Assembly: GCA_965240325.2 (NCBI GenBank)
Contig: OZ251222.1
Location: 1,364,001 to 1,428,000, forward strand
Length of the DNA: 64,000 nucleotides
Source of the DNA: Rebecca billardiae RCC1528
Lineage: Eukaryota; Protista; Haptophyta
Reading direction: 5' to 3'
A program made the position numbers and the translations under genes. Below are positions 42,333 to 52,540 of the stretch, piece after piece (the first letter of the stretch is position 1; every line of letters starts with the position of its first letter). The notes beneath the pieces are model-generated. The model ran no database searches. It had not been told where the DNA came from and was given only the letters and a program-made list of their open reading frames with translations.

Positions 42333-43313
42333 ATGGCGCCGCGCACCTCTCGGCGAGCCGTGCTGTTGACTGTCGCGCTCGCGGCCGCATCGGCACACGA
42401 AGTGTCCGTGCGACCACCCAGCATACTGCGTGTGGCTGCGCCCGGCCGACCCAAACCGCGAGGCTACGCCCAAAGCGGCGTGGGGGTGCGCGTGCAGTCG
42501 CGGCGAGCTCTGGCGGATGAGCAGGTGCCGTTGCGATTGCGCGCTCTGCGCGGCGGGCAGTCGCGCTGGTCGGTGGCGGCCGTCGCAGCCGCGCGCGCGA
42601 GCTACGCCCTTTTGCTCTTCTCCTCTGCCGCCGGCTCCTTCTCCGGAGCGCTCAAAGGGGGCATCAAGCAGATGGACCTGGTGGGGTGCGTGGTCATGGG
42701 GGTGGTCTCCGGCGTGGGCGGCGGCACCATCCGTGACATGATGCTGGGGGCACCCGTGTTCTGGACGTACCTGAAGGAGCACATGTACATGTGCGTCCTC
42801 TGCTCGCTCGCGACATTCTTCCTCTGGCCCCAGGCCATGCGCCTGGGGATCCGAGACACGCACCTGCTCATCCTGTGGGCGGACGCCATTTCGCTCGCGT
42901 CGTCCGCCGTCATCGGCGCGCACATCGGGCACATCCGCACGGGCGACGCCGTGCTCACCATCGCGGTGGGCATCGTGACCGCGCTCTTCGGTGGCATCCT
43001 ATGCGACCTCATGTGCATGGAGAAGCCCCGCGTCCTCTACGCCGAGCGCTCGATGTACTCGTCGCCTGCACTGCTAGGCATGCTGCTGTACGTGGTCCTG
43101 ATCAGGACGGCGCTGCCGCAGTCGGTCGTGATCATCGCGTCGTTCCTCTCGTCGCTGAGCATGCGCGTGCTGGCGTGGACGTACCGGCTGCGCGCGCCGC
43201 ACTGGACGAAAGCCTCGAAGCGCTTCCGCGGACCAAAGCTGCTCGCTGGCAAGGGGCCGTTGGTCACCATGGAGGTCGAGATCACGAGTAAGGCACCCGA
43301 GGGGAAGCGGTAA
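42333..43313 (+). CDS. UPF0126/TRIC-family (YadS/YicG-like) membrane channel with an N-terminal presequence
   Basis: SGAL..MDLVG..GVGGGTIRDMMLGAPVFW; DAISL; FGGILCDL..P.VL. Confidence 0.85.
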   Translation: MAPRTSRRAVLLTVALAAASAHEVSVRPPSILRVAAPGRPKPRGYAQSGVGVRVQSRRALADEQVPLRLRALRGGQSRWSVAAVAAARASYALLLFSSAAGSFSGALKGGIKQMDLVGCVVMGVVSGVGGGTIRDMMLGAPVFWTYLKEHMYMCVLCSLATFFLWPQAMRLGIRDTHLLILWADAISLASSAVIGAHIGHIRTGDAVLTIAVGIVTALFGGILCDLMCMEKPRVLYAERSMYSSPALLGMLLYVVLIRTALPQSVVIIASFLSSLSMRVLAWTYRLRAPHWTKASKRFRGPKLLAGKGPLVTMEVEITSKAPEGKR

Positions 43314-43884
43314 TGAGCAAACCTATATCTATTGGCATCCGGTGCGCGGCCTGTTGCATCCCTACCGCCAACAGCATCATCCACGACGACGACGACGATG
43401 TGCTGCCCGTCGCAGCATGACTAAACGATGGAGCAGCATCGACACTGCTAGACTACTGATACTCGTCCCGCTCCATCGCACACTGTACTGATCCCGCCCG
43501 AGTAGTAGCACTAGCAGTCGTCTGTTCCGACGATCCGACGGCGCCATCACAGATCACTCCATCAGCCGCCTGATGGCTGATCAGGACTCATCAGGTGGCG
43601 CCCGAGCGGCAGGTGCGTGACATGGCACTTGGCCACTTGGCAGTCACTCAGTCGTCACGGCAGTCTCAGCTGAGCTACTCGGAGTCGCCGGACGTCGCGG
43701 ATTGACGATGGCACGACTAGGCGGTCGACTGGCAACGATGCAGTGCCTCGGGACGTCCGACGTACTCAGTACTCACTAGAGTCATGCACTAGTCACTTCG
43801 GGTAACTGACGTTCGAGTTCGGCCGCTTCGGCGCGGCCGATCCGATATTGCACTCGTGAGTCACAGTCTGAGTCTGATGATAAT

Positions 43885-45615
43885 CTACCGTCTACTACTG
43901 CCATCGTCGTCATTGGCATTATGATGAGCAGATGGATTCTGCTGATCCCGAGGCCGAGCCTGCTGCTGCTCATGGCCATGCTGATGATCGTCATCGGCAG
44001 GGTGCGGGCCAAGCCAGCGCCGCGCGACCTTACCGAGCGAGCTGCCGCTAAAGTAGCGGAGGAACTCGTCCTCGTCGATCTCGCCCGAGCCGTCGGCGTC
44101 CACCTCGCGCAGCACGGCGTCCAGCTCCTCTGGCAGCACGTTGCGGTGGCCGCGGCGCCGCTCGCTCAGCTCCTCGAGCAGCAGCAGCAGCTCGGACGAC
44201 TCGATGGTGCCGTCGCCGTCCACGTCGAAGCGCTCGAAGAGCTTCATGACCTGCTCCTTGCTGAGCGCGGCGGGCTGCTCGAGGAGCACGGCGGTGTCGT
44301 CGCTGACGCCGTGGCTCACCGAGGCCTCTCTCGTCGCGGCAGTGAGGTACTCCTTCGACTGCATCTCGACCAGCCTCGAGACCGTGCGGTCAAAGGCGAA
44401 CGCCTCGTCGCCCGACGTGGCCGGCGCGCTGTACAGCTCGAGCGGCGCCGCGGCCGCGGAGCACACGAGCTTGACGCGGCGATCGTAGAGGGCGTCGACG
44501 AGCGTGATGAAGCGCCGCGCGCGGTTGACGTCGGCCGGGCCCATCTGCGGCACGTCCGTCACGAAGAGCGTGTGGAACGCCCCGGCGAGCGCCAGGTAGT
44601 CCTCCGCGCCGAGCGGGCGGCCGCACAGCTGCTCAAACGAGAAGCGCGCGACCGCCGCGTCCTCGCTTACGTGCGGCACGGTGAGCGCGCGGCCGCGGAG
44701 CTGCATGACCATGCTCGACGCGACGGACTCGGTGCGCGCCAGCCGCCGCCACAGCACCGCCACCTGCTCGTCCGCCTCCGGCCCGAGCGGGCTCACGAAC
44801 GTCTGCAGCGCGCTCCCCTGCGCCGCCTCGTGCAGCATCCGGTAGTCGGTGGCCGAGTCGAGATTGTGCACGACGCAGTGGCGCTCGAGCACGGGGATGA
44901 AGGGGACGAAGAGGGCGCGCTGCAGGCCGTTGAGGTACAGGTCGGCGGGCGGCCGGTTCGACGTCGCGACCACCACCGTCCCCGCCTCGAACAGCGCGGT
45001 GAAGAGCCGCTTCATCACGAGCGCGTCCGCGATGTCCGTCACCTGGAACTCGTCAAAGCAGAGGAGAAGCGTGCTCGCGCCGACCTCGCGCGCGACGGTG
45101 CCGAGCGGGTCGGGCGAGGCGCGGCGCGCGTGCATGCGCTTGTGCACGTCGATCATGAACTCGTGGAAGTGCACGCGCCGCCGCTCGGCCGCGGGCACCG
45201 GCGAGCACTCGAAGAAGAGATCCATGCACAGCGTCTTGCCACACCCGACGCCGCCGTACATGTACAGCCCGCGTGGGGCCGAGCTCGCCGGGCGGTCGGG
45301 GGCGGGGTCGGCTCCCGTGGCGCTCGTGCCGCCGCCGCCGCCGCCAAACATGCGGGCCAGCCCGCCGAATATGCCCCCGCCGCCCGCACCGCCCGAGCCG
45401 GCCGGCCCCAAGGCTGGTCGGGTGTACGACGCGAGCTCGTTGTGGAGCCGGTCCAGGTGCGCGAGCGCGTCGAGCTGGCGTGGATCGCTGCTGAGCTCAT
45501 CGCGCTCAGCGGCGCGCGTGTAGCACGCCAGCGGCGATCCACCTCCGGCCGCGAGCTGGCGCACGTCAAGGCTGAGCGCCCGCCGGAACACGCGGCCGAG
45601 CTGGCGAGCAGCCAT
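43885..45615 (-). CDS. AFG1: AFG1/LACE1 (ZapE-family) mitochondrial ATPase with two C-terminal EF-hands
   Basis: GLYMYGGVGCGKT, RVHFHEFM, LCFDEFQVTDIADA, TSNRPP, RRFITLVDALY; EF loops DVDGDGTIESSE and DADGSGEIDEDE. Confidence 0.9.
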   Translation of the reverse strand: MAARQLGRVFRRALSLDVRQLAAGGGSPLACYTRAAERDELSSDPRQLDALAHLDRLHNELASYTRPALGPAGSGGAGGGGIFGGLARMFGGGGGGTSATGADPAPDRPASSAPRGLYMYGGVGCGKTLCMDLFFECSPVPAAERRRVHFHEFMIDVHKRMHARRASPDPLGTVAREVGASTLLLCFDEFQVTDIADALVMKRLFTALFEAGTVVVATSNRPPADLYLNGLQRALFVPFIPVLERHCVVHNLDSATDYRMLHEAAQGSALQTFVSPLGPEADEQVAVLWRRLARTESVASSMVMQLRGRALTVPHVSEDAAVARFSFEQLCGRPLGAEDYLALAGAFHTLFVTDVPQMGPADVNRARRFITLVDALYDRRVKLVCSAAAAPLELYSAPATSGDEAFAFDRTVSRLVEMQSKEYLTAATREASVSHGVSDDTAVLLEQPAALSKEQVMKLFERFDVDGDGTIESSELLLLLEELSERRRGHRNVLPEELDAVLREVDADGSGEIDEDEFLRYFSGSSLGKVARRWLGPHPADDDHQHGHEQQQARPRDQQNPSAHHNANDDDGSSRR

Positions 45616-45746
45616 CGCCTCCAGCCGGCCCGGGCGCGGGGCGGCCCCAGTCCGGAGCCGCCGATGCAGCAGGTAGCCGCCCGGACTCCGCGCGTGGACG
45701 GCTTGCTCATCGGGCGAGTTCTCGCTTCATCGTCGCGACGGTCGCG

Positions 45747-48662
45747 ATGATGCTGCTCACCGCCGTGTTGGCTGCGCACGGCGGGCGGGGTCTGGCCGGA
45801 TCGGCGCTGTCGCGCGCGCCTTCGGCGGCACGGCTGGCCGCACGGCCGATCGCCGCGCGCTCGCGCCTCCTCGCCGCGGAGGCGCCGGCGGCGGCGGCGT
45901 CCACCGCCGCGCGGTACGACCACGCGAGGATTGAGGCCAAGTGGCAGCGGTTCTGGGAGGAGCACGACACGTTCAAGACGGTGCGCCGCGACGGCGCGCC
46001 GAAGAAGTACGTGCTCGACATGTTCCCGTACCCCTCCGGCGCGGGCCTCCACGTCGGCCACCCGGAGGGCTACACGGCGAGCGACATCATGGCTCGGTAC
46101 TGGCGCATGTGCGGGTTCGACGTGCTCCACCCGATGGGCTGGGACTCGTTCGGCCTGCCGGCGGAGCAGCACGCCGTGCAGACGGGCACGCACCCGCGCG
46201 ACACCACCGCCCAGAACATCGCCAACTTCAAGCGGCAGCTGCGCTCGCTCGGCTTCAGCTACGACTGGTCGCGCGAGGTCGCGACGACCGACGAGGAGTA
46301 CGTGCGCTGGACGCAGTGGATCTTCCTGCAGCTCTTCAAGTCGGGGCTGGCGCGGCAGTCGGAGGTGCCGGTGAACTGGTGCGCCGGGCTCGGCACCGTG
46401 CTCGCCAACGAGGAGGTCATCAACGGCAAGAGCGAGCGCGGCGACTTCCCCGTCGAGCGGCTGCCGCTGCGGCAGTGGGTGCTGCGCATCACAGAGTACG
46501 CAGACAAGCTGCAGGCGGGGCTCGAGGGGCTGGAGTGGCCCGAGGGGACGCTGACGGCGCAGCGGCAGTGGATCGGCAAGTCGGAGGGCGCCGCGATCAC
46601 CTTCGACGTGCTCGGCGCGCCGCTCAACCTCGAGGTCTTCACCACGCGCGCGGACACGCTGATGGGCGCGACGTACGTCGTGGTCGCGCCCGAGCACCCG
46701 CTGCTCGGAGAGCTCACGACGGCGGAGCACGCGGGCCCGGTGGAGGCGTACGTGCAGGCGGCGAAGGCGAAGTCGGAGCTCGACCGCGTCGCCGCCAACG
46801 CCGAGAAGACCGGCGCGCCCACCGGCGCGACGGTCGCGCACCCGCTGACGGGCGAGGCGCTCCCAGTGTGGGTCTCCGACTATGTGATCGGCGGGTACGG
46901 CACGGGCGCGGTGATGGCGGTGCCGGCGCACGACGAGCGCGACTTTGCGTTCGCGCGCGCGTTCGGGCTGCCGATCAAGCGGGTCGTCGCGCCCGACGGC
47001 GCCGACCCCGCCGAGCTCGGCGGCGAGATGGACGAGGCCTTCACCGCGCGCGGCGTCGCCGTCGCGAGCGGCGACTTCAGCGGCCTGCGGACGGATGAGT
47101 GCCGCCGCGCGATCACGGCCAAGCTCGCCGAGCTGGGCAAGGGCGGCGAGCAGATCAACTACAAGCTGCGCGACTGGGTCTTCTCGCGGCAGCGGTACTG
47201 GGGCGAGCCCATCCCGATCTACTTCCCCGTCGAGCTCGAGCCGGGCTCCGCCGACCCGCGGCTGGGCGACGCGCACCGCATCTGCTACGAGCAGCCGATC
47301 GCGGTCGAGGAGTCGGAGCTACCGATCAGGCTGCCCGAGCTCGACGACTTCTCGCCGGGGGACAACCCGGAGGGGTGCCTGGCGCGCGCGACGGAGTGGC
47401 GGTACTTCCAGCGCGACGGCGCGTGGTACGCGCGCGAGACGAACACCATGCCGCAGTGGGCGGGCTCCTGCTGGTACTACCTGCGCTTCACTGACCCGAC
47501 CAACACGGACTCGGCGTGGTCGGAGGCGGCCGCCAACGCGTGGCTGCCCGTCGACCTGTACGTGGGCGGCGCCGAGCACGCGGTGCTGCACCTGCTGTAC
47601 GCGCGCTTCTGGCACAAGGTGCTGTACGACCTCGGGCTCGTGCCCACGCCCGAGCCGTTCAAGCAGCTCGTGCACCAGGGCATGATCCTCGGCGCCGATG
47701 GCGAGAAGATGAGCAAGTCGCGCGGCAACGTCGTCAACCCCGACGACATTGTCGCCGAGTACGGCGCGGACGCGATGCGGCTGTACGAGATGTTCATGGG
47801 GCCGCTGGACGCGGTGAAGCCGTGGCAGACGAGCCAGATCTCGGGCGTCGTGCGCTTCCGCGACAAGGTCGCCTCGCTCATCGCGCGCGTCGCCGACGAC
47901 GCGTGCAGCGACGAGGAGACCGTGCGACTGCGCCACCAGACAGTCAAGAAGGTCACGCAGCAGGTCGAGCAGCTCGGTGCGCGCCGAGCGCGAAAGAGCG
48001 GTCGCTATCAACGCGCGCGGCGGCCCGCGCCCTCCGCCGCGCCGGCCCCGCGCCGCGCGCGCCTTGCTCACGCCCGCGCCCGCGCGCGTGCTGCGGCGCG
48101 CACGCGCGCACGCGCGCACAGGCTTCAACACCGCCATCTCGAGCATGATGGTTTACGCCAACCACCTCGCCGCGCTGGACGGGCCGCTCGAGCGCGAGCC
48201 GGCCGAGGTGCGCGCGCGCGCTCGGCGCGTCGCGCGTGCGCGCCGCGCGCGCCGGGCGCCGCGTCGCGCGCCCTCGCGCCGACCGCCGCGTGCGTCGCGG
48301 GCGCCCACCGCCCGCCGCCCGCCGCCGCGCGCGACCCCCAGGCGCTCGTGCTGCTGCTCTCGCCCTTCGCGCCGCACCTCGCCGAGGAGATGTGGGAGCA
48401 GCTCGGGCACAGCGGCAGCATCGCATACGAGCCGTGGCCGACCTTCGACGAGAGCAAGATGGTCGTCACCTCCGTCACCGTCGCCGTGCAGGTGAACGGC
48501 AAGGTGCGCGGCACCGTCGAGCTCGGCCCTGAGGAGGCGGAGGCGGACGCGCGGAGCGCAGCCGCGGCGGTCGAGTCAGTCGCAAAGTTCCTCGACGGCA
48601 AGGAGGTGAAGAAATTCATCTACAGGCCGGGGAAGATCATCAACTTTGTCGTCGCCAAGTGA
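45747..48662 (+). CDS. leuS: Organellar (bacterial-type) leucine--tRNA ligase; exons 45747-47976, 48122-48207, 48342-48662
   Basis: MFPYPSGAGLHVGH, GYGTGAVMAVPAHDERD, SRQRYWG, KMSKS, VQVNGK. Removing two introns restores FNTAIS and LLLSPFAPH. Confidence 0.96.
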   Translation: MMLLTAVLAAHGGRGLAGSALSRAPSAARLAARPIAARSRLLAAEAPAAAASTAARYDHARIEAKWQRFWEEHDTFKTVRRDGAPKKYVLDMFPYPSGAGLHVGHPEGYTASDIMARYWRMCGFDVLHPMGWDSFGLPAEQHAVQTGTHPRDTTAQNIANFKRQLRSLGFSYDWSREVATTDEEYVRWTQWIFLQLFKSGLARQSEVPVNWCAGLGTVLANEEVINGKSERGDFPVERLPLRQWVLRITEYADKLQAGLEGLEWPEGTLTAQRQWIGKSEGAAITFDVLGAPLNLEVFTTRADTLMGATYVVVAPEHPLLGELTTAEHAGPVEAYVQAAKAKSELDRVAANAEKTGAPTGATVAHPLTGEALPVWVSDYVIGGYGTGAVMAVPAHDERDFAFARAFGLPIKRVVAPDGADPAELGGEMDEAFTARGVAVASGDFSGLRTDECRRAITAKLAELGKGGEQINYKLRDWVFSRQRYWGEPIPIYFPVELEPGSADPRLGDAHRICYEQPIAVEESELPIRLPELDDFSPGDNPEGCLARATEWRYFQRDGAWYARETNTMPQWAGSCWYYLRFTDPTNTDSAWSEAAANAWLPVDLYVGGAEHAVLHLLYARFWHKVLYDLGLVPTPEPFKQLVHQGMILGADGEKMSKSRGNVVNPDDIVAEYGADAMRLYEMFMGPLDAVKPWQTSQISGVVRFRDKVASLIARVADDACSDEETVRLRHQTVKKVTQQVEQLGARRARKSGRYQRARRPAPSAAPAPRRARLAHARARARAAARTRARAHRLQHRHLEHDGLRQPPRRAGRAARARAGRGARARSARRACAPRAPGAASRALAPTAACVAGAHRPPPAAARDPQALVLLLSPFAPHLAEEMWEQLGHSGSIAYEPWPTFDESKMVVTSVTVAVQVNGKVRGTVELGPEEAEADARSAAAAVESVAKFLDGKEVKKFIYRPGKIINFVVAK

Positions 48663-49106
48663 TTGATGGATGAATGAGCACGTCTCGCGTCGGCCGCGGG
48701 GCCGTCTGCTGCTTCCCGCCTCGCCCGGCCGTGCGGCAGGCACCGTCGCGCGCTGTGCCGTGCGCGGCAGAGCGTGCGCGCATGCGGCCCTCCAACGCTC
48801 GCGGCCTCCGGCGGACAGCGCTGATGGCCTGCTGCTGACGGAGGCGATGGCCAACTGGTTATTGGCGCGGTGCGTGTCGGTGTCGGTGGCGACCGCGCCG
48901 CGATATCATCATGATGTGCGCGATTCGGCTGCGCCATCAAGCAAGACGCACTGCGACTCCGACCCACGTCCAACCCGTTCACGTCTCACGAATCACGCGC
49001 GGTGGTAGCTAACGCTCGGACGCGCGTTATTCGTCGTCAGTCACTTTATTACATCTGCTGCTGATGCATGACGATGATGAGCACTAAAGTTCTATATAGA
49101 TCGAGT

Positions 49107-49235
49107 ATATCTATATCTATATATCTATATCTATATCTATATCTATATCTACATCTATATCTATATATCTATATCTATCTATCTATATATCTATCTATTT
49201 ATATATCTATCTATCTATATATATATATATATATA
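49107..49235. repeat. Compound (TATATC)n/(TCTA)n/(TA)n microsatellite
   Basis: Directly visible. Confidence 0.95.
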
Positions 49236-49620
49236 ATGTACGTACGCGATTCACCTGCATGCGTGAGACTATCCAGTAGTTATCCTGTGACAAAGTCGTA
49301 ACTCGTATAGTACTAGGCGTAGCATTGGCGTAAGTTGACTGACGTGTGATGGCTGCTTCGTTACAACTGCGGCGCACAGAACCAGCGGGGCAGGGGTCGT
49401 CGTGCTCAGCCAACTGATGCGCCAAGCCCAAGTGTCAGACTGGTCTGACTCAGCAGCAGCGTCGACAGCGAGCAGCGGAGCACCGAGCAGTGTCACCCCT
49501 GTGACAACTCGTGAGCATGTCCGCATGATGCGCTGAGATGATGTTGACGCCATGAAGGAATCGTGGTAGAGACATGCGCCGAGTGGTAGCGCAGATGACG
49601 CCACGCACGCGGCTGCACGC

Positions 49621-52253
49621 TCATTCGCCCTTGGCGCTCCCCGTGCTGCCCTTGCCCGCACCCTCGCCGTCAGCCTCGTCCAGATCCTCGGCATCGGCCC
49701 ATGGGTCGTCCTCTGCGAGGGCGTCGTCTGCGCCCGCGAACGGGTCGGCCGGCGGCGCGGCGGCGGGAGCGGCTGCCGGCACGGCGGCAGGTGCAGGGCT
49801 AGGTGGGGGCGGTGGCGGTGGGGCGGCTCTGCTGGCCTCAGCCGGGAGAGTGGCAGCAGGTGCTGGTGCCGCCGCGCGGCTCAGCGCGGGCACATCCGCT
49901 TCTTCCTCCTCCTCCTCCTCGTCAAAGTCCTCGTCCTCCTCATCATCGTCGAGGTCCTCCTCCTCCTCCTCCTCCTCCTCCTCGTCGTCGTCGTCCAACT
50001 CATCCAACTCCTCCTCCTCCTCCTCCTCCTCCTCCTCCTCAGTCTCAAAGTCATCGTCCTCCTCCTCCTCCTCCTCCTCCTCCTCCTCCTCCTCCTCGTC
50101 CTCCTCGTCCTCGTCCTCCACGGCCGCGGCAGCCGCAGCCTTGCTCGGGCGCACCGCAGACGTGGCCGAGCCCTTGCGCGCCGCCGCCACAGCGGCACGC
50201 TTCGACTGCAGGGAGGAGGCGATCGCAGACTCAGGCGGCCTGAAGAGCGGGCACGGGAGGGGGGCAGCGAGCGCCGTGGTGCACGGTGGGTCGCGCGTGC
50301 GCGGCACGCGCGCAACGAGCGCGGCCGGCGGCTGCATGCAGCCCAAGCAGGCGGCCCGCCACCCCACAGCTTCCGGTCGCGCGGCGCGCGCGCGCACCGG
50401 ATCGTCGTCGGCAGCTCGCCGATCGAGCCGCCCTTCTGCTTGCGACTCCGCTTCGGCGCGGACGTCCCGGAGAAGGTCTCCTTGCCCTTCTCAAGGACCT
50501 GCCTCACGACCGCCTCCGATTGGTTCGCGACCGCCTGGTACCCGGAGCGCATCAGCTCGGCGGTGGCGTGCATGCGCTCGCTCATCGCCGAGCTGTTGAG
50601 CGAGAGGCCGGAGGTCGCGTTGCTCAGCATGTCGCGCGAGCGCTGCGCGAACGCGCTCATCAGCACGTTCGACTGGTTGAGCATGCTGTCCGTCGCCTTG
50701 CGCAGGCCCGTGGGCACAGGCAGCTGCGGCAGCGCCACCGCGCCCAGCCCGGGCAGCTGCAGCCCGCCCTGCTGCCTGTCCTTGCCGAGCGTGTACGCCT
50801 GCATCGCCGCGGTGCGCAGCAGCACCAGCCGGTACCGCACCTCGTTCGCCTTGATGCGCTCGAGCGCGCGCTTCGCGCCCTCGAGGTCCATCTCGGCCGT
50901 CTCGGTGAGCGCGCACACGCGATGGCTGCCCCGGCGCGGACGCGCGCACACGCCCATCGGATTCGGACGCGCCGGGGCGACGACGAGGGCGCGTGGGGGG
51001 CGGCGGTGAGCGGCGCGCGCGCGCGCGCGCGCGCGCGCGCGCGCACGGCCGCGCGGCGCAGCGCACGCACCGCGTGCAGAAGCGGAGCATCTCCTTGACC
51101 TGGTTGCGCGTGAGCGCGGCGCTCGTCTGCAGCGCGAGCCGGCGCTCGGCGAGCGCCTTCATCGGGAAGTTGACCTCCTGCGCCGACTCGCACGCCACGC
51201 AGAACTTGCAGTCGGACTTGAGCATGCGCAGGCAGTCGGACCACTTCACGCCGAGCGCCTTGAGCTCGGCCGTGTCCAGCGTGCACAGCAGCAGGTCGAA
51301 CGACTTGGCGTGCGCTTTGCGCTCGTCCGCGTCGGTGAGCAAGACAAAGCCGTGGCTGCCCAGCTGCGCGCCGTCCTCCTCGGCGCGCTCGCTGTCCACG
51401 TCGTCGCCTACGCGGGCCGGGCGTACCGCGCGGGGGTCGGGTGAGCGCGCGCAGCAAGGCGGTGTGCCCCCGCGCCGCGGCGCCGGGCCGCGCCGGGCCG
51501 CGCGGGGGCACGCGGAGCGGCGCGGCGCGGAGGATGAACGCGGCCGGTGCAGAGGGCGCGCGCCGCGCGCGCACCGATGATGTACACCTTGTGACCCATC
51601 TTCGACGCAAACTGCGCCGCGAGGTGGCCGATGCCGCCACAGCCGATCACGCCCACCTTGCTCGAGCGCTTGAGCTTGGCGCGGGAGAGATGGGACCACG
51701 CGGTCGCGCCTGCGCCCAGCAGCGGCACGGCCTGGTCGGTCGGGAGCGAGTCCGGGATGGGGAACGACCAGCGCGAGCGCACGCGTACGCGATCGGCCAG
51801 CCCACCCACGCGGACGGGCGCCTCCGTGATGATCACGTCGCCGTTGACGTCGCCCATCTGCAGGCCGACGCCCACGCGCTGCCCCGGCCGAACGGACGTG
51901 ACCGCGCTGCCAGCGGCGACAATGACGCCAATCAGCTCGCGGCCGGGCACGGCGGGGAACTGGGCATCCTCGTCCGAGGCGAGCTGTGTGTCCGCGCGTG
52001 ACAGCCCACACGCGTGCACAACCACCTCCACCTCCTTGGGCTCCAGCGGCGCGGCCTGCTTGAAGCGCACGGTCGACAGCTCGCCGCCCTCCTCCTTCAC
52101 GGCGAAGCAGCGCACATGCTCGGAGCTCTTCTCGTCGTCGGCGCCGGCCTTCCGCTTCACGGCGCTCGCGCTCGGTCGAGTCGCGCTGGACGAGCCGGCT
52201 ACGACCGGCAGCGCCACGAGGGCGAGCAGCGCGAGCTGCCGCGCCACAGCCAT
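49621..52253 (-). CDS. Signal-peptide MDR/cinnamyl-ADH-like protein with an acidic tail; exons 52253-51575, 51407-51071, 50925-50398, 50239-49621
   Basis: GQRVGVG, PLLGAGAT, VGVIGCGGIGHLAAQFA, KEMLRFC, VRYRLVL. Three GT-AG introns give one continuous frame. Confidence 0.8.
49901..50118. repeat. (TCC)n coding repeat (poly-Glu/Asp tract on the minus strand)
   Basis: Directly visible. Confidence 0.9.
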
Positions 52254-52540
52254 GTCGCCCTCGGCCTAAATGAACCCGACGACCGATCGTGGTGCCACGT
52301 GTTGCTTTCAGCTGTAGGCCCTTGACCAGCAAGCTGTGGTCGTGCTGATCACAGCGGACGCCATCGTGCGGCTTTTCGTGCCCGCTCCGGAGGCGCTTCA
52401 GCACCGCTGCGAAAACACGCCCGGCTTCAAATTCAATGTGGGCATTATTTTGGCACGTTGGCCGCCATTTCCCGCCAATCCCGCATACCGTAGTCTTCGA
52501 GGGACAGTCCCGGACGAACGCGCGCGTGCGGGACGGCGTG

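Noticed and set aside
43921-45750. 609-aa plus-strand ORF and many similar long overlapping ORFs
   Set aside because: These are antisense or off-frame shadows of real genes, expected in very GC-rich DNA with few stop codons.
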